DNA of 64,000 bases from Candidatus Saccharimonadales bacterium (GTDB lineage Bacteria; Patescibacteriota; Saccharimonadia; Saccharimonadales; 2-12-FULL-41-12): the NCBI GenBank assembly GCA_025451045.1, contig JANWLD010000001.1:5812-69811 (forward strand), given 5' to 3'. Shown here one piece after another: positions 59,350 through 64,000 of this stretch (its first letter is position 1; the number at the start of each line of letters is the position of its first letter). Both the position numbers and the translations under genes were made by a program. The notes under the pieces are model-generated. The model ran no database searches and was not told where the DNA came from. It worked only from the letters and a program-made list of their open reading frames with translations.

Positions 59350-60723
59350 TTAGAAAGGTGCGTCTTCAGGATGACGCTCAATGGTTATAGGTTTATTAGC
59401 CGCCCAAGTTACGGCATTGGGGATTTGATGCCCGTACATATTTTTACAGAAGACCGTCCATTCCCGGCCGTCCGGCCCTTCAACATGGTGTGTTTCATCG
59501 GCGAAGCTTTCATATTTGTTCATAAATACGGCCTCCGGAGCAGCTCGCCAGAAGAACCCTCCGCTAGCCTCAGTGTCGCTGGCAATCAGCTCTAAAATCT
59601 GGTCGGCAATGCCGCGGCCTTGTTCGCCGGGAGTAACTGCCAATTTATCCATATAATGCGCATTGAAGCCGTCCACTTCTCTAACGATGCCAATACCGTC
59701 ATACCTTTGCGGAGTTATATAAATACTGTGTCCATCCAGTTCTAGTCGACTAAAATAATCTTCCCTCAAATGGCCGCCGAAAGCATCTTCAATCAGCTCT
59801 TGTGTTCTTTTCAAGTCCAGGCCGTTCATATTATCTGATCGACTGATAGCTATATCCCGGGTTATCAGCGTGCCAGCGCCTTCGTGGGTAAAAAGCTCTG
59901 GGATAATGAAACTCGGATGAGTAATAACACCGTCTTCCCTAACACCGTTCTCTCCCATAAGAGCCAACACTGCGCTTACTTTCTTTTCCATGCCGCCTTT
60001 AATGATGTTACTTTTTATCAACTCATCTGCTTTTTTCGCAGTAAGGTTAGGAATAATCCTGCCTGAGTCATCCATTACGCCACCGGGTTTAGTCAGGGTG
60101 ATAAATTTCTCCGGTTCCAAGATTTCAACAAGTTTAGCCGCCGCATCGTCGCCGTTAATGTTGGCGCTTTTAAGCTGGCCGCCGACCATAACCTCTCCCA
60201 AACAGGCTATTATCGGAATCTTGCCGTCTCTTACAATCCGCGCGATTCTTTCAATATCTATATCGGTAGGTGTACCTACCATACCCAATTTTTGTTCATC
60301 TTTGAGCTCCGCTTTAAAAGGCCGGCTCATAGTTGTTCCTAGTATGTTCTGGCTGGCTAAACTATTTTTTATTTCAGAGCTTACCCCCTTAAGCGCGCTT
60401 TCCACCCCTTCCATTGCAGCTGCTGAAGTTATCCTATCGCCGTCGATTCTTTCCTCAGGAATATTCCGTTCATTAAGTATTCTGTTAATTTGTGGACCGC
60501 CCCCGTGTACCAGAACCGGCAGATAGCCTAATCTGCTCAAATGTGCAACTGACCCGCTGAGCTGGTCTAAATAATCGCCTTGGGCCATTTCGCCGCCGAC
60601 TTTAATCACGGCGAATCTTTCCGGGCTGCCTTCAATAGCACCGTCTATCTGATCTAAATATTCTCCGGCTTCAGGGCCTATGGATCGTTTAAGATCGTCC
60701 CTAAACACATTTCCTGTTGACAT
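59350..60723 (-). CDS. argB: Acetylglutamate kinase with C-terminal GNAT-like domain
   Basis: VIKVGG, VHGGGPQI, NINGD, GGMEKK, ELFTHEGAGTL; YMDKLAV...QGRGI, FWR. Confidence 0.85.
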   Translation of the reverse strand: MSTGNVFRDDLKRSIGPEAGEYLDQIDGAIEGSPERFAVIKVGGEMAQGDYLDQLSGSVAHLSRLGYLPVLVHGGGPQINRILNERNIPEERIDGDRITSAAAMEGVESALKGVSSEIKNSLASQNILGTTMSRPFKAELKDEQKLGMVGTPTDIDIERIARIVRDGKIPIIACLGEVMVGGQLKSANINGDDAAAKLVEILEPEKFITLTKPGGVMDDSGRIIPNLTAKKADELIKSNIIKGGMEKKVSAVLALMGENGVREDGVITHPSFIIPELFTHEGAGTLITRDIAISRSDNMNGLDLKRTQELIEDAFGGHLREDYFSRLELDGHSIYITPQRYDGIGIVREVDGFNAHYMDKLAVTPGEQGRGIADQILELIASDTEASGGFFWRAAPEAVFMNKYESFADETHHVEGPDGREWTVFCKNMYGHQIPNAVTWAANKPITIERHPEDAPF

Positions 60724-60778
60724 ATACTAAATTATAGCACAAAAATACATTTTTGTAAATACCTTTTACTGGGGTGGG

Positions 60779-61168
60779 TCAGGTCTTTTTATCCAGTTTT
60801 TCCAGCTTTAGGGCTTTGACCGCGAAATACACAAGCGCGGCGACGGTTATGAAGCTTATCATCACAGATATAAATGCTCCGTAGGCAAATACTGCTTCTT
60901 TGGCGCCGACTGTCAGGGAAAAAGACTTTTCATTCAAATTACCACTGCCCGGAAGCACCAGTCCCAATATCGGGTTGATAAAGCTGGCTATGGTCTGGTC
61001 GACCACGGCTTTTACCTGAACACCGAGCACCAGTCCGATAGCTAGGCCGACAACTCCTTGTTTGCGGATAAAATTCATAAAGCCGTCTAATTGTGATTTG
61101 GCTTTGACGTTAACTTTTTTAGCTTTTGATTTAGCCTTGGCAGCGGCCGGTTTTAATTCTTCGGGCAT
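60779..61168 (-). CDS. mscL: Large-conductance mechanosensitive channel
   Basis: F..FI...GVVGLAIGLVLG, INP, YGAFI. Confidence 0.85.
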   Translation of the reverse strand: MPEELKPAAAKAKSKAKKVNVKAKSQLDGFMNFIRKQGVVGLAIGLVLGVQVKAVVDQTIASFINPILGLVLPGSGNLNEKSFSLTVGAKEAVFAYGAFISVMISFITVAALVYFAVKALKLEKLDKKT

Positions 61169-61197
61169 CTTTACTCCTGATTTCTCCCACCGATTAC

Positions 61198-61827
61198 TTA
61201 TCTATTATATATAAACTTGGTGATGTCGTCCGGTTTTTTAGCGATATAGTCCGGCTTTGCCTTCTCTATGCCGGCTTTGCTTTGCAGCCCCCACGTCACG
61301 CCGATAGTATTCATTCCGGCCTTTTTGCCGGCCTCAATATCGCGTATTTCATCGCCTATCATCCACGAATCCCCAGCGGCATATTTAGACTTGAGCAATT
61401 TTTTTAAAGCGTTGGCCTTGCCGAATATCGGCGAACCCTGGAGTATCGTTACCCGGGTATTAAAACCGTTGTTTTTCAAAATTTTCGCCACTGTTTCCCG
61501 GTCATTGGAGCTGAGGATATAAATATCATTTTTTTCTGATAGTTTAGTTATGGCTTCCGGCATCCCGGCAAAAAGCTTGATGTCCGCGGCATGTTTCTTG
61601 TACTCATCCCGGCCGAGCCTGAGCAGTTTTGGCAATTGCCAGATTTTTATCTCTGCCCAGCGCATAATTTCGCGCGGACTGCTTTTTTTAAGTCGAAAAT
61701 AGTCTTTGCGGGTCAACTTTGGCCAATTATACTGTTCGGCTAGCGGCTTGTATATTTCCAGCATCACATCTTCCGCATCGGCTATGGTGCCGTCAAAGTC
61801 CAGCACTATTGCTACTTTATATTTCAT
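61198..61827 (-). CDS. HAD-family hydrolase
   Basis: DFDGTIAD, LSSN, K, IGDEIRD. Confidence 0.9.
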   Translation of the reverse strand: MKYKVAIVLDFDGTIADAEDVMLEIYKPLAEQYNWPKLTRKDYFRLKKSSPREIMRWAEIKIWQLPKLLRLGRDEYKKHAADIKLFAGMPEAITKLSEKNDIYILSSNDRETVAKILKNNGFNTRVTILQGSPIFGKANALKKLLKSKYAAGDSWMIGDEIRDIEAGKKAGMNTIGVTWGLQSKAGIEKAKPDYIAKKPDDITKFIYNR

Positions 61828-61829
61828 TG

Positions 61830-63500
61830 CTACATCTTTTCTGGTATTACAATGCCGAGTAGTCTTAAGCCACTGCTTAGTACGTCTGCATAGCTCCTTA
61901 CAAGTTGCAGTCGTAAGTCCGCGCGCGGATCATCTATAACCCGATTGGTCTCATAAAAGCGATTAAAGGTTTGGGACAGTTCATAAAGATAAGTACAGAT
62001 ATGGTGTGGTGACAGTTCTTCCAAAGCCAGAGTAAGCACTTCCGGATACATCGAGATTTTCCGCGCCAACGAGCGTTCTTTTGGTTCTAAATCCAAGCTC
62101 TGGGCTCTGGGCTCTGGGCTCTGGACTTTGTCTAATATGCTTTTTGCCCGAACATAGGCATATTGCAAATATGGCCCGCTGTTGCCTTCCAGACTGGCTG
62201 ACTGTTTTGCATCAAATATTACGTCACTGCCAAGGCCTGATTTTAGGAATGAATATTTGACCGCAGCCAACACTATTTCGGGCGTAACCGCCGGGTTTAC
62301 CTCTTTGGATGAGTTTTCGGCCAAGTCCAATATATCGACGGCTTTGATGATATTACCTTGGCGGCTGCTCATCTTTTGCGCTCCCGGCAGTTTGACCATG
62401 CCATGGGTTAGATGGGTAGTTTTAGAGGCCAGCTCCGGCGCGAATTTTTTGATACTTGCCAATACAACCTGCATGTACTGGCTTATCTCGTTGGCGGTTA
62501 TTACTATTGAGCGATCAAAAGCGTAATCTTTTTCTTTTTGCAGGATTAGTCCGACTTCTTTGGCTTCATAAGTCGGCAACCCTTCTTTGGTTATGAACAC
62601 GCGGGTATGCAGGCCGTCTTTTTCGCCCTCGTAGACTACCGCGCCGTCAGACTCCGAATAGATTTTCGGGGTGTTTTCTTTGACTTTCGCCTGCCCTAGC
62701 TCAGCAACGGTACTTTCCGGATAATATTTTTCAAACTTTATGCTGACCCGAGCATAGAACTTATCAAAATAATCATAGCTCCAAGCTCGGGTTGTCCAAT
62801 AAATATTACCTAGCGGCGAATCTTCGTCTTTTTTAGTCGCTACCTCATATATTCTTTTGTTTAATTCGGCGATTTCGCTTTTGGCTTGTTCGCTTTCCTC
62901 ATATGCCTTATTGCCTTTGGTGTAACATTCGCCCAGCCAATCGGCTCGTTTATCTTCATTAATCTTGTCCAGCTCATCTGGTTTTTCGCCGTCCAGCTCC
63001 TTGATTACCGTCCAGAGGCTTTTGGCGACATGAAGCCCCACGTCGCCGCCGTAATTTACCCGGTGCACCTGCGCGCCAGCCGCTTCAAAGAGATTGGAAA
63101 TAGCATCACCGACGACTGAGGTATAAAGATGACCAGCGTGCAGGACCTTAAATGGATTCGGGTCGGAATACTCGGTCACGACTTTTTTACCGGACAGACT
63201 TTTGGCCGGTTTATGCGCGTTTTTGATTGAGGTGAACAAAACCGAATCCTTGAGAGTAATATTAATAAAGCCAGGCCCGGCTACGCTGACCTCGGCTATC
63301 TGTTCGTTTTTCTTTAGTTCCAAGGTGATTTGCCGGGCAATTTCAACAGGGCTTTTACTTAGTTCTTTGCTTAATTTCAAAGCCACGTTCGAAGAAAAAT
63401 CCCCGAACTTCTCCTCCGGCCGACTTAGCTCAACTTCAACATTACTATTAAACAGTTCCGAACAAACTGTTCTTATTTGTTTTTTTAACTCCTGCACCAT
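61830..63500 (-). CDS. argS: Arginine--tRNA ligase
   Basis: AGPGFIN, PNPFKVLHAGH, KMSSR, GPYLQYAYVR. Confidence 0.95.
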   Translation of the reverse strand: MVQELKKQIRTVCSELFNSNVEVELSRPEEKFGDFSSNVALKLSKELSKSPVEIARQITLELKKNEQIAEVSVAGPGFINITLKDSVLFTSIKNAHKPAKSLSGKKVVTEYSDPNPFKVLHAGHLYTSVVGDAISNLFEAAGAQVHRVNYGGDVGLHVAKSLWTVIKELDGEKPDELDKINEDKRADWLGECYTKGNKAYEESEQAKSEIAELNKRIYEVATKKDEDSPLGNIYWTTRAWSYDYFDKFYARVSIKFEKYYPESTVAELGQAKVKENTPKIYSESDGAVVYEGEKDGLHTRVFITKEGLPTYEAKEVGLILQKEKDYAFDRSIVITANEISQYMQVVLASIKKFAPELASKTTHLTHGMVKLPGAQKMSSRQGNIIKAVDILDLAENSSKEVNPAVTPEIVLAAVKYSFLKSGLGSDVIFDAKQSASLEGNSGPYLQYAYVRAKSILDKVQSPEPRAQSLDLEPKERSLARKISMYPEVLTLALEELSPHHICTYLYELSQTFNRFYETNRVIDDPRADLRLQLVRSYADVLSSGLRLLGIVIPEKM

Positions 63501-63515
63501 CTGTAGAAAAGTATA

Positions 63516-64000
63516 TCAGTCTTTAGCCTCAAGGTTGGCTTTGACTTGGCCATAAGCGTCCCGAAAAGCTATGCCGGAAGCCACAAGTTCATAAACTTGT
63601 TTGGTTGCGAATAAATCTTCAGTCATTGATTCTTTCAGCTTATCTTCGTTGACTTTAATTTTTGGAACAACTTCAATAAGCAACTTAAGAGTTGAGGTAG
63701 TTATTTCTACCGACTTTATAAGCGGTTCCTTGCCCAGCTGCAAATCCCTATGAAACCCGCTGGAGAGTCCCGTTAATAGCAGCTGTAGTTGACTCTGATA
63801 ACCGGTTACCAAGGCTCCATTGCCTCGCATGATTTCAAATAAATCATAGTTATTTTTGTTGGGCATTATTGACGAACCGGTAGTATATTCTTTCGGTAAA
63901 GAAAAATAACTGAATTCTTGAGTTGTAAAAAGCATCATATCACTGGCAAACTTACTCGCTAAAAGTGAAATCTGGCCCATCTGCGCAACCGTTGAAAGCT
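63516..64000 (-). CDS. argH: Argininosuccinate lyase, C-terminal part (runs off window)
   Basis: TGSSIMPNK.N.D..E..RG, SGFHRDLQ..K, GIAFRDAY. Confidence 0.88.
   Translation of the reverse strand, partial: LSTVAQMGQISLLASKFASDMMLFTTQEFSYFSLPKEYTTGSSIMPNKNNYDLFEIMRGNGALVTGYQSQLQLLLTGLSSGFHRDLQLGKEPLIKSVEITTSTLKLLIEVVPKIKVNEDKLKESMTEDLFATKQVYELVASGIAFRDAYGQVKANLEAKD

Overview
A 64 kb chromosomal segment of a streamlined bacterium, most likely Patescibacteria/CPR (Saccharibacteria-like). This is inferred from the monoderm-type IV pilus cluster without PilQ, the gene order, the many leaderless starts and standard code 11. The window holds pabA/pabB, tRNA-Arg(CCT), ndk, a Xer-type recombinase, a full type IV pilus locus with a large putative adhesin, a paralogous secreted-protein array, a Phd/Doc pair, and many housekeeping genes (ychF, efp, rpsF-ssb-rpsR, ftsK, rnj, rpsO-pnp, truB, rpsT, holA, mutM, polA, dnaG-rpoD, orn, msrB, mscL, argS), plus argB-like and argH genes. 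The most striking unexplained signal is a dispersed system of period-7 tandem arrays, usually exactly 5 units per arm and often paired as inverted 5+5 arms. Two pairs enclose four-helix-bundle (IVS/Avd-like) genes, a family with pentameric structures. Others are empty cassettes at operon junctions, usually followed by the next gene's ribosome-binding site, and two arrays sit in frame inside ychF and argS. Separately, a covarying multi-hairpin element occurs twice, once between two synonymous copies of the rpoD 3' end. All calls are from reading the sequence; no database searches were run.
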